From the human T2T-CHM13v2.0 reference genome, Homo sapiens, in assembly GCA_009914755.4 (NCBI GenBank), contig CP068257.2, forward strand, positions 28,288,001-28,352,000: a DNA stretch of 64,000 bases, in the 5' to 3' direction. The number at the start of each line of letters is the position of its first letter. The stretch's first letter is position 1. This document shows positions 12,910 through 26,394 of this stretch, piece by piece. The translations under genes were made by a program, and so were the position numbers. The notes under the pieces were generated by a model that did no database searches, was not told where the DNA came from, and saw nothing but the letters and a program-made list of their open reading frames with translations.

Positions 12910-13904
12910 CAACATGATTTTGAAGACACAGGTGCCTCTCTCAGTGACTCTACCTCCAGCCACAGAGGTCTTCCTAAACACAGGCAACTCTCCTCTGAGT
13001 TTGTTCCAGGTTTGGCATCATGCACCACTCTCCACACTCTATGCACTTGGAAGCTAGAACCTATTCCAAGTTGACTATGCAACTGATGTAATAGATCAGT
13101 GGCAGAACATTAACTAAAAACTCTTCAAGAATAGTATTTGAAAAAAATTTTAATGTGTCCACGTGGAAAATCTGATGAAAAACATCAGCAGTATAGATTG
13201 CAATTGCCAGAATGCAAACCTCAAGGGGCAGATGCTGTCCATTTTATTCACTGTTGTACATCCTGCAATTTTCTAAGTGTGTCTGGCTCATGCTAGGGAA
13301 GTAAGAACTCAAATAATATTTGTTGAATGAAGAATGAATATTAAAATGATGAAAAAACTAAGTGCCTAAAAATAAAGTCATGGGTCTGTACACACTTATG
13401 TAAAAATATGAACAACTAAAAACATTACTTGGAACTTTGGGGATCTTTGGGTTAAAATATCCAAAATGATGCTCCAGCCAAGGTAATGATTGGCATAAAA
13501 TAAATTTGGACCTCTCTCAAGGAAATAAAAGCATGTGAACAATGATATTGTCACTATAGATTTCCACACTATTCATATAAATCTCCATAATATTTCTATT
13601 TATGTGATGTACTTAACTACATAATAGTACCATATTTATTTGGTGGTTTTTTGGCAAATTACAGAAATTAGTGTATTTCATCTTCCCTTGTGAAACAGGA
13701 AAGGCTGATATGATTACTGCTAGTTCACAGATGAAGAGATTTAGGCTTAAAGATATTAAAGGTCTTATAAAGATACACCAATCAACTGTTAAGACCCTGT
13801 TTAGGAAGAAAATGTAAATAATAAAAAAAGTAGTAAAAACAACATAACAATAATAATAATAAAACAAATGTATCCAGATATTACTCAAAGCCCTTTCATA
13901 TTGA

Positions 13905-14110
13905 GCTCTTACCAATGACACTGTGAGGTTTGCAATAGTTTTAATTCAATTTATCAGATGCAACAGCAATGGCCTGGTAAGACTAAATAACCCTCACTCA
14001 CTCATCGATGTATCTAGTAAATCACGGACGTGGGAATCAAACCTATGCTTTCTGACACCAAAACATGCTTCGGAAAGCCTGGCTGCCCACTGCTCAATTC
14101 TTAATCCTAT
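13905..14110 (-). mobile_element. MIR SINE fragment (minus strand)
   Basis: Blocks match reverse-complemented MIR: tattgagctcttac..., aattcaatttatcagatgcaacagcaatggcctggtaagactaaataa..., gtaaatcacggacgtgggaatcaaacctatgctttctgacaccaaaacatgcttc (the tRNA-like gggattcgaacc box). Confidence 0.6.
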
Positions 14111-16849
14111 TTTCACCATGACCTCTATAATTGTATGTGTTGAGATGATGCACACAAATATATTATCTGTCTTTCTGCAATCCTTATTATAAATATTACA
14201 CATCTGTCCTAAAATTGCATATGCACTTGGAATATTTTTTTAATTAATGGTGGTGGGCCACGTCTACTAAGTTTACCTAGATCCTGTTCTAACCATTAGT
14301 TATAAGTCAGCCACCCAATTAAGGAAGATATTTGTGATTGTGAAGCTCACAGACCAACTAATTACATATGTCAACTAACTGGTTGTTGATATACACTGGT
14401 GTATACAGAGAGGCAGGAATGACTCCAGCAGCTCCACACAATTCCCAGCAACCAGCTATATTTCTCTTCTATGCAAGCTGCTGGGAAACTTCTTGAGTGC
14501 AGTAATAATGTTAAGGGCACCACTATCCTACCGACCTTCTCTGTCTCTTAACTGTTGCATAAGATTATAAACTTTCCAACAGACATTCACAGTGTATGCT
14601 CAAATCACGTGTCTATGTGAACTCAATACCCTCTCAAATATTCAGTATGCATGAATTTTATCTTAGCTTTTATCCTTTTCTCCAAAGCTGAAGCTTAAGC
14701 AGACACTTTGACAAGAAAAGTAGACCAGTAATTAATTCATTCAAGCATTTGAGTGCCTTCTCTATATGAGGACCCAGTACTAAGTGCCTAGCGATTTTGC
14801 TATACTTTACTTTGAATATTTTAAGTCACTAAAAAACATGCCAGTTAATAATCTAGAGACCCTTTTTATTGGTTGGTTGATTGTTTAGTTGATCGGTCGG
14901 TTGCTTGGATGGGTGATGGTTTGTTGGAAAGAAGAATGGGACAGGATATAATAAAGAATACAACTCCCCTTTCTTTTTCCTTACACACACTCATACACAC
15001 ACACATAAACTTTGGCTTAGTCCCCAACCCCTTTTTGTTAATTTTTTGTATTCAATATTGCACTTGACTGACACAAGAAAGTCACTGTAGAGAAACAGGT
15101 TTCCTCTGAGGTAAAGCTGGTTTCCACAGTGTGCTAAACTGCTCATTTAAAAGCGTGCATTGGTCCTTAGGTGCATACGGGGCAACAGTGCTCATGTCAG
15201 CCACAGGACACTCCAGGCCAGAAGGAGTAACACATTTGTACTGCACATAAACAACACCAGGCCATGCCATGCCATTTTATTTTATGCATTTTGGCTCCCA
15301 TTTAGAAAAAAGAAAACCTCATTATCTTGTCGCATATATTTGTAAGGTCAGTGAATCATGTTGTTTGTTTTCACCTTGAAAACTACTTTTACGTAGATGA
15401 TTGTGATTGCTTGGAGCTTAGAAAAATACTGAGATCTGTGAACAAATATGTCTTAAAGCATCCTTTTCCCTTCTCCTCCTGAGTTCCTTTAGATGTGGGG
15501 GATATAGGAAAGGAAAATGCTACCTTATATTTGTTATACAGGGATGAGGAACATTGGCTAGCACAGCCATTTCTAGCATCCCTAGATTTGTCTCTTTCAA
15601 AAGGTAAAAGACACAAGCAAAACCCCAATTAAGTTAATAAATATTGGAAATTATAACACACACGCTCATTAGTTACTTTGTATTGTTCAGAATATTTTTT
15701 TTTTTTTTGACCAGGGTGAGTAGAGTTGATTGCATTCCCAAAAACCCAGGATGTTAAACCTAGAACTTATCTCAGATAAAGGATATTTCAGTTATGTATA
15801 GTAGTAAGTTCTTTTTTAAAAAAATAAATACTTTGAAACTATTTTAGAAAAGACTCTATCCAATACAATGCACATTAAAATTACCCATAGTCTAGAAAAA
15901 ACATGTGTGTAGTAAAAGTTAGTATTTGATATCTGCAGCTCAAAGTAGCACATTTCTATTTTTCTTTTAGTGGGCATGTTCAGTGATTAAAAAATAAAAC
16001 CTAGTATGTTCTGAATTTTTGTAAAGGGGCTGACTAATTGTAGGTCAGAGCTAGTATAGTAACTGAGCAATTTCAACTGCTCAGGAAGCGTCACTATGCC
16101 AGTGTCTGGCACTGCTCCTGGCATATTCTGTTAGTTCCTGGAAAGGGGGAGTTAGAAGTCCTCAGAGATCAGGGCTTCACTCTTGCGGTTGAAAGTGGAA
16201 GATGGGAGAAACTAAGAGACCCATGTGATGTCACAGCTTCTCCTGTGGCTCCCTCTGTGACCGTGACTCTAAGAAGCCCGATGGGTTGGGAAAGGAGGAG
16301 GGCAAATGAGATTCAGCGAACAATAACTGGGTTTAGTTTTAAAGGCGAAGAGCTGTGTCAACCCTCAAAGTTCAGAAATTGCCCTATGCAGCCACAGACC
16401 AAACCTTGGTGGTGGGTGCTATACACTTATGGCTGTCAGTCCACGCCCCTTCCACTGTCCTTGCGTTTTGTCATCTTTGGGCTGCCCACATTCAGCTTTC
16501 CGGTGTCTTTTTTATCTCATTCGAGATCAGAGCCCTGAATCTCCTAGGAAGCTACCTGGACTGGGAACTGGATCTTGCTCAGTGGCAGGCAAGCGGGCAA
16601 ATTAGGGAGCAAGTGGGAAACTTAAGTGTCTGCTGATGTTGCTAACTGACCGTCCTTCTCACTCTTCGAATCTTCAGCTCGAAGTCAGATCTGAACTCTG
16701 CCCCAATCTAGTGGAACCCGTCAGAGTTGGCAGACTCCATGTGGAAGTCTTACTTAGGCATAAAAACTTGGAGGCTCTGGGGTAACAGGCTCTAGGATAT
16801 TCCCACATCCCTAGTGGTCCCTGTATTCTATTCTTGAGATTCGTGCATA

Positions 16850-18110
16850 CTTGCCAGTGCCCAGAGCCCAGGTTGCCAGGCACCGGGACTGCGGATCTGG
16901 ACTGCCAGACGCCCACCCAGGAGGCTGGGAGAGCTCATTTCTGCGCCCAACTCAAGTGGCTGCAGCGGCTCGCGATCCCTTGCCCAGAGTAGGGGTGCCG
17001 GTCCCTGCGAACCTGGATCCCCGCACTCTAGCCCGCGTTCCTGGAGCCCAGATTGAAAAACCCGCCAACTGTACCTCCCGGGGAAGGCCGGCACCCTCCA
17101 GGAGGGAAGCAGTGACGCGGCTCCCCCTTTTTTGTGTAGCCTCCCATGAGCACTGACCTCCACCTTCCCCAGCTCCGGCTCCTGCGCCGCCGCGCGCTGC
17201 CTCGCCCGGGACCCGCTACACCCGCGTTGGTGCGGCGACCGACCACGTCTCCCGAGCAGGCAGCCTGGGGCTCACTCACCGATCCTGAGTACTTGCGGGG
17301 CGGTCTGAGGGAGGATATAGCAGAGGAAATAGAGGAGTGCCCAGCTGGTGTCCCTGGTCCAGAGCCCGGGCTGGGCGAGGAGTGTGCCGTGCTCCATCTT
17401 CCTAGCTTCTTAATTCATGCCGAGATACAGCCGCTGCCGGACGCCCGAGAGATGCACCCAACTTGGGCCGGGTCCCCGCCTCATCCTCTCTGGATGCTCC
17501 GGTTCCAAGCACGCTGCGCGCTCCCCACGGAGCGAGCTCGAGGGAACCCGCGTGGGACCGCGGAGCTGGCTGGCAAGGCTGAGCTCTCTCGGGGCTCCTC
17601 AGTGCTGTCGCTAGCCCATCACGGCTCCTCCTCCTCCTCTTCCATGGGCCGCAGACCGCGGAGGATCAGCGCTCTCTGGCTCCCGGAGCCCAGAGACCAG
17701 CTGAGGAAAGTTGCTGCCCCGATCTGCAGGAACGTCTCCCTCATTCGTCCTTTGGTCAGATGCAAAAGTCGGGGGATAGGCACAGACAGAGGAGGGAAAA
17801 GGGGGAAAGAAGACTAACGAAGAAGGAGAGAGGGTACAGGGTGAGTTGGTGCAGGGGCTCTGAGCAAGCCTGATGAGCTCCAGCAGGTTAACTGGGAGCG
17901 GAGCCACGTTCCGGCTTCTCTGAATCTTTGCTTTCCTCCTCCCCTCGCTGGCCCCACCCTTTATTTACTGCCCGCCCCAACCCCACTGATCAAGATACTC
18001 GCGCGCGCGCGCGCACACACACACACAGACACACAGACACACACACAGACACACACACACACACACACGCTCTTTTTTCTCTCCCTCAACTTTGCGCTCT
18101 GCTGCTGGGA
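16850..18110. promoter_or_regulatory. CpG island (~1.25 kb; very high G+C and CpG density) - probable promoter/TSS region
   Basis: Dense CpGs throughout (e.g. ccgcgcgctgcctcgcccgggacccgctacacccgcgttggtgcggcgaccgaccacgtctcccgagc), unlike the CpG-depleted AT-rich flanks. Confidence 0.8.
17999..18069. repeat. (CG)6(CA)n compound dinucleotide repeat with GA interruptions inside the CpG island
   Basis: cgcgcgcgcgcgcacacacacacacagacacacagacacacacacagacacacacacacacacacacg. Confidence 0.85.
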
Positions 18111-19316
18111 AGTCGATCGAGTGTTGCATTCTCAAGACAGATCAAATCTAAACTATTGGTCCGAGCAGAGAAAGCCTCTGCTGTCCGCTGTGAGTGGCAA
18201 GGAAGCCTTCTTGGTAATGTCCGTGTGCACCTGTTAGGGGGTCTTATAGACAGCCAGCTATGACTCGTCCCATCATTTAATGGAAAATCACCTCCAATAT
18301 TTTGGAAAATACCGGGGCTCCTGTTTTGACTCTGACGAGGATGATGAACAGGGGAAGGGGGAGAGGAATGAGAAAGCTTCAGTACTCCAAGATTATAGTG
18401 GCTTCATTCCTATTTGGACCCAAGATAATCTCTTGCAAATTGCTTCCATTTACACATGCCACTGAGATAGAAGCAGCCTCCAGCGCCGCTACTTTTCTTC
18501 ATTTCTTTTAACTGTCAGGTCTGAATACTGAAAGATAGGCTATTTTAGCAATGTAGGTTTGGAGACTGTTTCTCTGTAGAAGGACAAGGACACTTCCCTA
18601 GGGAAATCAGCATTTGATTATGTTGGATTAATTTCCTTCGAGTTTTGTGGGGAATGTTCTATATATATGTTTGCTAGGTCTATATTAACATCTCTTTTTT
18701 TTAACTGGTAAATAGATTTTGAAGAACTGACCAAATCCATATGAAAAGTATGTCCACAGTTGTTATATGAGCCTAGAGTGGGAAACAATTGCAAAAGGAA
18801 TCTAATATATCTTAAAGTCCATTCGTGTATTAATTAATTAATTCATTCATTATTCAACAAATACCTACTGAGTATTTTGTTTGTGGTGTCAGACACTATA
18901 CTTTTCACTAAAAACCCTATGGTGGGGAAAATGCATGTTCATTCTCCAAGGGAGGTTAGAACTCCACTGTGGAAAGCTAGTCAGTTCATATCTCAAGTAG
19001 TAGGCTTGGTTCTGGACACTTTGGGATGAGAGTTAACAAAGCAGAACATGTCTGCAGATAAGAAGAGGGACTGATAGGGATTTAGGAATGCATTTTTGCG
19101 TGGAAAGATTGAGGAAACCAAGAGGAATTAGGAGCACATGCTGGTTATCTTCAGACATTTGAAGAATTCTTGTGTTAAAAGAAAGTAGCCTTATTCAGTG
19201 TTAGATATGTGAGAAGAGCTAAGAAAAATAAGATTGTCAGAGGGAAATTGTAGAAGAGTAAATTTTGTCTCATTCGGGGAGCATTTTTAAGACCAGAGAA
19301 TATCAAACAGCGGCAA

Positions 19317-19452
19317 GGCTGGGTGTGCTGGCTTACATTGGAGCACTTTGGTGATGTTGAGGAGGGAAGATGACCTAAAACCAGGAGTTCGAGGCCAGCC
19401 TTGGAAACATAGCGAGACCCTTCCTGTGCAAATAAAAATTAAGAAAAACAGT
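19317..19452 (+). mobile_element. Free Alu monomer-like element (FLAM/FRAM-type) with A-rich tail
   Basis: ggctgggtgtgctggcttacattggagcactttggtgatgttgaggagggaagatgacctaaaaccaggagttcgaggccagccttggaaacatagcgagacccttcctgtgcaaataaaaattaagaaaaaca is a single diverged Alu-like monomer. Confidence 0.6.
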
Positions 19453-20055
19453 AGCATGACCTGCTTCAGAAAAGAGGCAAAGTCAAACTATTCATTTATT
19501 TATGCATATTTTTTGAGGGCCCACGTTGTGTGAGGTATTGTGCCAATCTCTGGAGACACAGAGGGATATGATTGCTGCCACTCTGGAACTCATTGGCATT
19601 AAAGTATGATGAGCTTTACAAAATGGTGTTATGGAAGTAAAGAAAAAAAGTAGTGTAATCCCATTTAAGAGTTTGGAAAGGGGTTCTTCAGGAAGTGATG
19701 CTTCAAAACTCAAAGAATCAGTGGTTTAAAAGGGATTAGTAAGTATTTCTTAAAGTGAGAATGAATGTAAATCTGTTAGAGGGTTTATTTTTAAACCTAA
19801 AGGTCTGTGGTAAGCATTTTTAGTCATCTATTTTCTCTGGGTACATCAAAGACCAATACATAGCAGATAGTGAGTGGCTAAAGTTTGAAGACCCAAGGTC
19901 TAGAATTAAGTCAGCTTTTGAACAAACTGGGTTTAAATTCTGGTTTTACCAAGTCTATGTTTTTAGCTTTGGTTAAATTTTTATGTCTGCCTGTAGTCCA
20001 TTGCTGGTGCTTACGTATATCTAGTTTTCCCTTTCTCTGGCTCATGAAAGCCTGT

Positions 20056-20101
20056 ACCTTTTCAATTAGTTGGAATCTACCTTTTCAATTAGTTGGAATC
20101 A
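20056..20101. repeat. 23 bp perfect direct repeat x2 (accttttcaattagttggaatc)
   Basis: accttttcaattagttggaatct accttttcaattagttggaatc at 20056-20101. Confidence 0.8.
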
Positions 20102-20424
20102 TGTGACCATTTTTGGCCAATAAAATATGAGTGGAAGTGCACTGCTGCCAGGAGAAAAGGAAGACAGTGAAAAAAGATCCTGCATGACTTCCAGGACTCT
20201 CTTTCCCTGCCAGAGTAACTCTGAAAGCCACAAGTTCTAGAGGTTAAGATGAAAGCAGCCTCAATCCCTGAGTAATTTTTTGTAAGGGAGTTGCTCTGAA
20301 TGTTTCTAGAACAGCAACACACTGCTAACAAATCAGTCCCAGCTCAACATTATGTTTTAATCCACTACAATTTTGAGATATTTGTTACTGCAGCATAAGC
20401 TTCTCTATACTAACTAATAAACTT

Positions 20425-20530
20425 TCTATGACTTGATATCTTCATCTGTAAAATGAGGATAATAATAACACTACAGGGCCATTGGAGGATTATATGAGCT
20501 ACTGCATGTGAAGAATTTCCCAAGGTCCTT
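20425..20530 (+). mobile_element. MIR SINE fragment
   Basis: cttcatctgtaaaatgaggataataataacactacagggccattggaggattatatgagctactgcatgtgaagaatttcccaag resembles the MIR core cctcatctgtaaaatggggataataatagtacctacctcatagggttgttgtgaggattaaatgag. Confidence 0.5.
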
Positions 20531-23500
20531 GTTACTCAGCATATTTTAGTTTATTTGTGGTCATTACTTTTCTGGTTAAAGGAATCCATGCATATATTTC
20601 TAGTAATAATCTGCCCCAGATTGCAGAGACTGAAATATTTTGTTTTTTGGGCAAGAAGTCAACAACACTGGTCCAATTAATTATATGGTAATCATAATTG
20701 TTCTGATACTATTTCAGGAGTTTTGCTACTTTTTACCTGTATTGTCTCTGGTTTATGAGGAAACAGTTCATTTTGATAATTAGAGATATTAGAGAGATTT
20801 CCTAAAGGAAGTTTCTCGAAAACTAAATGGCACACTGCAGTTATGTTTCTGTATCATCTGTAAAATTCTGTAAAGCTTAAAACTGAAATTTATTTCCTTG
20901 TTAAAATGCTTCTCTCCACTGCTCATGTACACAGGCTCATGGTGTTGAGTTACTCATGAGTGATCAGCAGCTGCTGTTAATTTGTTTTGTGCTTTTTAGA
21001 AGGACTGTATTTTGTACATATATTCATCCAGTTATTTTTTGCCCGAAATGACTCTGGTAATCACTCTTGATTCACATTTTCTCATAGTGCCCTCTTAAGA
21101 ATAAACATGTCTAATTGAATGCATGCCGTCTTTTTCCCATTCCCCAAATCTTAAGCTTAAATTGATACACCGTGGTTAACAATAAAACAGTACAATGACA
21201 TGCAGCATTGTGCTTCCTATGAGAGCTGGTGGCATTACTTAGATACTAATCCATTTTAAATTACTTAATTTTTAGGAGATAACAGATACAAAGAAAAATA
21301 GCTTAGAGTAACCTGGGGAATGCGAATGTTATACAGTCTTTTCAAAATGTTGTGAGCATAGTTGAGGAAACTTAAAATGTTACTCATGGCACCAAAAACA
21401 AAAGATCAAGTGGCTTTTAGAGCCTGCTGGGACTGTGTAGCTGATGTAGGGTCTAAATCTTGAGTTCTTGACTACTTCTTTATGCTTTTTTCGCTAGGTC
21501 ATATCATATATTTCTATGATGTTAAATACTACCTTTTAGCCAAAGATTCCCAAATGTTGTCTTTTGCTCAAACCTCCCGATTCATGCAGCCAATTTTAGT
21601 GACCATTTCTAAGTGAGCCAACATCTCAAATCCTTGATTCTGTCCCATGTCATTGTCCCGCACTGAATCCTCTCCCAAATTTTCTTATTTCAATATGAAC
21701 ACCACCTTCCACCCAGCCATTAAAACTGGAAAATCAGGAGGTCACCCTTCATTTTTTTCCTTACTTCTTCACCTACTCCCGTATCAGTTTATTTTTATAA
21801 TGGCTTTACCTCCAGAGTATGTCTTTAGTCAGCTTCTCTATACTCCACTGATATCATACTAGCCTGGGGTTTCTCAACCTCAAAACTATTGATATTTTCG
21901 GTTAGAAAATTATTTTTTATGAAGGCAGTTGTCCGGTTCTTTGTAGGACTTTTAGCCACTTCCCAGGGCTCTCTCCACTAGATGTCAGCAGTATCCTCCT
22001 CCCAAGGTGGGACAACAAAAATGTCTGCAGACATTGTCAAATAAATGCCCTCCGATGTACAAAATTACCCCTGATTGAGAGCCACGGCACTAGCCTAAAT
22101 CACCATGATCTTCCATCTTCCATCTGGTCTATTACAATAAACTCTTAATTGTCTCTCTTCTCTCATTTGCCTCTTTCTATCCATTCTGTCTGTTTGATCT
22201 AAATTAGCTCCTCCCACTGGCTTTCTTCACAAGGCCCTTCTTAGATCCCTCCTGGTCATTATTAACTCTCTACTTGTTTTATTTATTTTATTACAAATTC
22301 TCTGAGAGTGGACTCTTTGTCTGTTCTGTTTGCTTGAAACCTTAGTGTGTAACACTGTGCCTGGTGCTTAGAGGGAGCTTGATTACTACTCACTGAATGA
22401 ATAAATGAATGAGTGATGCTCTCTCATAAGATGTACAACCTATAAATTATAGCAGCAGATTTGTAAGATTGAGTTGAATAAGGAGACTAATTTCTCTTTT
22501 AATTTCATTCAAAGCACCTACATTGATCAGCTTAATGTTTAGTGTTATCCTGAGTTCATGTCTAGGAAAACCAGAGTATAACACTACATGTGCTTCTTCA
22601 GATTTCAGCAAAATGCTATATGGAGTAGGGGTTTCTTTTATAATTTCATTTTCAGCAAAGTGGCTATCATTACACATACCTTAACAATTTTACTGTAATT
22701 TCTGTACTAACACTGGTCTATCTGCCAAAGCACTGTGGAAAGCAGCTGTAGTGAAATCTTAAAAAAAAAAAACAACAAAAAAAAAAACAAAAGAAAACCT
22801 ATCTCTGTTATTTATCCCTTCACATCCTATTGTAATAACCTGAGACTCTAAAGAAATTCAGTCACATGGAGGGTCTGAACCTAGTTGGTATTTAGCTAAT
22901 TTCATACATATGTTGGACTCATCACAGGCTAAAGAAGGAAAGATCCAGGCTGAGTACTCAGGGTATTGGGAGCCAGCCCTGGGCTGACCACTGACTACAG
23001 CTCACTGCTCTTGGAGAAGTCACATCACCTCCTCGGACTTTAACTGCCTCAACCATAGCATGAAGTGGTTAGACTCATATTCTCCACTTCCTGTTCCAGA
23101 CCTAAGAGTCAATATAAATTGTAGAAATTTTGTAAAAGGATGGCTCATATTTTTGCTCTCCTTTGTTTATAAATAGAATGAGCTTTTCCTTAAGATAATG
23201 AGCATCTATTTGTATTTATTTTATATGCCAGACGCTGTTCTTCATATTTTTACAGGCGTTAACTTACCTAATACAGCAACCTTAAGAGGTAAGTACTACT
23301 GTTATGCACATATCACAGCTAAAGAAACTGAGGCAGAGAGGTGAAGCAGATGTCAGAAATGATAGAGCTGAGTGACAGAATTAGAGCTGGGTCACTATGG
23401 TTCTAAAGCCCCAGCTTTTTAAAAAACAAATTGAGATTAAATCCACATAACATGCAATTAACCTTTTCAAAACAAACAATTTAATTCCATTTAGTACATT

Positions 23501-23823
23501 TACAATGTAGCAAAACCACCAACTCCAGTTAATTCTCCTGTGGTTGGAAAGTCATGAGTGACACAGGAGTAGCAAAGGTGAAATTAGAGAGGCAGCAGGT
23601 GCATGCATCTGCTAAGGACTTGTGGGCTGGCATAAGGACTGACTTTTCTTCTGGATGAAATGGGAGTCACTGAAAGCTTTGAATAGAGAAGTGACAGCAT
23701 GAAGTTTATGTTTTAATTTGTTATCGTTTGTTTCAGGGACTACATTAGTTATCAGAGGCCCAGCCAATAGGTATTGTTCTTGCCTTCATGGGGCTTATGA
23801 TCATGTAAATAGTCCTGCAAATA

Positions 23824-24140
<317 letters not shown>

Positions 24141-26015
24141 TCAAATAATAGCTAATGTTTACAGAGCCCTTACTATATACCAGGCACTACTTTTAGTGCC
24201 CTGCAGTCCCAAGTCCCCATGACCCTTTGAGATGGTTACTCATATTAGTTCTTCTCTTTTACAAAAAAAGGACACTGAGGCACAGGGACAGAATGTAGTT
24301 TCCATGAAGAAAAGCTAATAGATGTGAGAAGAGATTTTGAAAGTGGAACTTGGCTTCTATTAGGAGCTCAGGAAAGACTGCTCAGAGGAAGGAAGCTTTA
24401 CACATTGCCTTAAAGGGAACTTGGGAGTGACTGCAAGGGGGACGAGAAGAACATTCCAGGCAGAGAGAAGGCTCTATTACAGAAAGCAGTTCCCAGTGAT
24501 AGAAAAGGTCTTAAAGCGTATTTGGCTGCTGTGAGCTGGAGAGACTGTAGCACCAGATGAGATGGGAAACGTGGGCAGATTCTAGGTCCCTAGGGATCCT
24601 TACAGGCCTCCCTGAGGATTTTAGAATTTCTTCTAAAACTGATGTAAAACCTTGGAGCCAGATGCATCTTTTCCACCTGTACTCATTTGCCATCATTCAT
24701 CCACCCAGTTACATGCTTCACAAGGAGGAGTTCCCCACCAGCCTGGGCCACAATACCAGCTTCTCCTTGCTTTTGCTTCTGGTGTTCCTCCCCACTCTAC
24801 TTCTCCAGAATTCTTCCTTCTCATTCGGCTTCAGGGCCACCGGTCCTCTTCTGTTCCCCAGTCATGCCCAACTCCTCATGACAGCACATTTCCCTAAACC
24901 GCTCTCAGTCCTTAAGCATCCTTTTTCTCACAGGTTACCTGGTTAAGGATTATTTATTCCTGAGTATCTCATTTCTCAGAGAGGCATTCCTTGGGTCCAC
25001 AGTGAAAAATAAGTCAACCCAGTTTATTCCTTCTTGGCATGCTGTACTTTTCCTCCTCACCACTTATCTTTAATGTTAACTATTTATTCGTTTGTTTAAT
25101 GTTTCTCTCTCTCCTTTAGATTTCAAGAACCAGGAGAGCAGGGTTTGTGCGTGCATACGATGCTGTGGCTCTGTGCACGTCCAGAGCCACTCCCGACTTC
25201 TGACACATAGTAGGAACTCAATTCGTATTGGCAGACTGATTAGATCTGAATGCTTAGAATGTCAAGAATTCCGTAAGCTATAACAAAGAAATCTCAGTTC
25301 AGGCAGGGAGGTATAACATGGTACGTCTCCTGTGTTTCACTAATGTAGTCAATGTTTGATGAAAGTTTGCTTTTACATAGTGTTTCATTAATCATTATTT
25401 TCAGCAATCTTATAAGCTCAAATTATTTCAGGGAATGATTAAATAAATGCACAGAAAACTTAAAGTTAGAGAGCTAGAAATTGCCTTTAAAAAGCTAAAA
25501 TTGAAGCTCACAACCGTTACGACGCTCTAATTTTTATTCAGCCTACCCTTCCTTATGGAATTTCAATTTAAGGCTCTTGACAACAAAACACATTAAACCC
25601 CTTCATATTTAAATCATGTAAATTAGCCAAATTTCTAATTATTACATCTGGTTTAATTTCTCTCCTCGTAATCTCATACAGCAAATGTCATCTGTTTTTT
25701 AAATTATTATATTTTATTTATCAAAGCAATACATGCATATCATTTTAAAAGTTAAATAGTACTAAATAAAAACATACTGAAGCAGTACCACTTCTCCCTC
25801 TTCCTCCAGCTCCTGCTCTCCAATTCTTTCAGCTATTTTGTCCACTATTTATGCATCTTATATTTCTGTTTCTCCGTCGTATACATAAATAGTGTTTGTC
25901 GACTTCATCAATTTGAGGTATTATCTACTGACTTCCATTATGTCAATAGATAATATTGACATGATTTTACTCTTTAACACCTTCATCTGATTAAATTGAT
26001 TTTCTCTTTCTCCTC

Positions 26016-26308
26016 TTTTTTTTTTTTGAGAGAGGGTCTCACTCTGTCACCCAGGCTACAGTGTAGTGGCACAATCATTGTTCACTGCAGCCTGGACCTC
26101 CGGGGCTGAAGTGATCCTCCCTCCTCGGCCCCCTGAGTAGCTGGGACTACAGGTACATAATGCTATGCCTGGCTAATTTTTATATTCTTATGGAGATGGG
26201 GTTTCACCATGTTGCCCAGGCTGGTCTTGAATGCCTGGGATCAAATGATCCTCCCACTTCAGCCTCCCAAAGTGCTCGGACTATAGGCATGAACTACCAC
26301 GCCCAGTC
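26016..26308 (-). mobile_element. Full-length Alu SINE (minus strand) with target-site duplication
   Basis: Leading poly-T then gagagagggtctcactctgtcacccaggctacagtgtagtggcac...cctcccaaagtgctcggactataggcatgaactaccacgcccagtc. The direct repeat tctcctcttttt flanks it (about 26010-26021 and 26307-26318). Confidence 0.9.
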
Positions 26309-26394
26309 TCTCCTCTTTTTAAAATACTACAATTTTAGGTTCAATCACTGTTCAGGGTTTATAGTTTACTTTGCTGTCCTATCCCCATCTCCCC

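Noticed and set aside
15690-15712. 17-nt poly-T run, considered as the poly-A tail of a minus-strand retroposed element
   Set aside because: I could not recognise any SINE/LINE or processed-pseudogene body in the adjacent 300 bp, and no appropriately oriented polyadenylation signal. I leave it as a simple homopolymer.
17146-17817. Longest ORF in the window (223 aa, plus strand), inside the CpG island
   Set aside because: Pro/Arg/Ser/Gly-rich low-complexity composition is typical of random ORFs in GC-rich DNA. It overlaps equally long ORFs on the opposite strand and in other frames (17028-17279, 17611-17907, 16828-17163). There is no recognisable domain, and it stops just before the splice donor. 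I treat it as non-coding first-exon/5'UTR sequence.
18280-18511. Two overlapping 61-69 aa ORFs just downstream of the CpG island (MENHLQYFGKYRGSCFDSDEDDEQGKGERNEK... and MENTGAPVLTLTRMMNRGRGRGMRKLQYSK...)
   Set aside because: They are short and mutually overlapping in different frames, with no recognisable motif and no splice or Kozak context. They could at most be small ORFs in a putative lncRNA, which the sequence alone cannot support.
20056-20101. Perfect 23-bp direct repeat; briefly considered CRISPR-like or protein-binding-site array
   Set aside because: There are only two adjacent copies with no spacers and no further repeats. This is eukaryotic DNA, so a replication-slippage duplication is the simplest explanation.
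23400-23560. Segment resembling a common ancient repeat (...aaatccacataacatgcaattaaccttttcaaaacaaacaatttaattccatttagtacatttacaatgtagcaaaaccaccaactccagttaattct...)
   Set aside because: I recall that similar sequences (motif class ttttaagtgtacaattcagtggttttagtatattcacagagttgtgcaaccatcacc) belong to an old interspersed repeat, but I cannot assign the family or boundaries confidently, so I did not list it as a feature.
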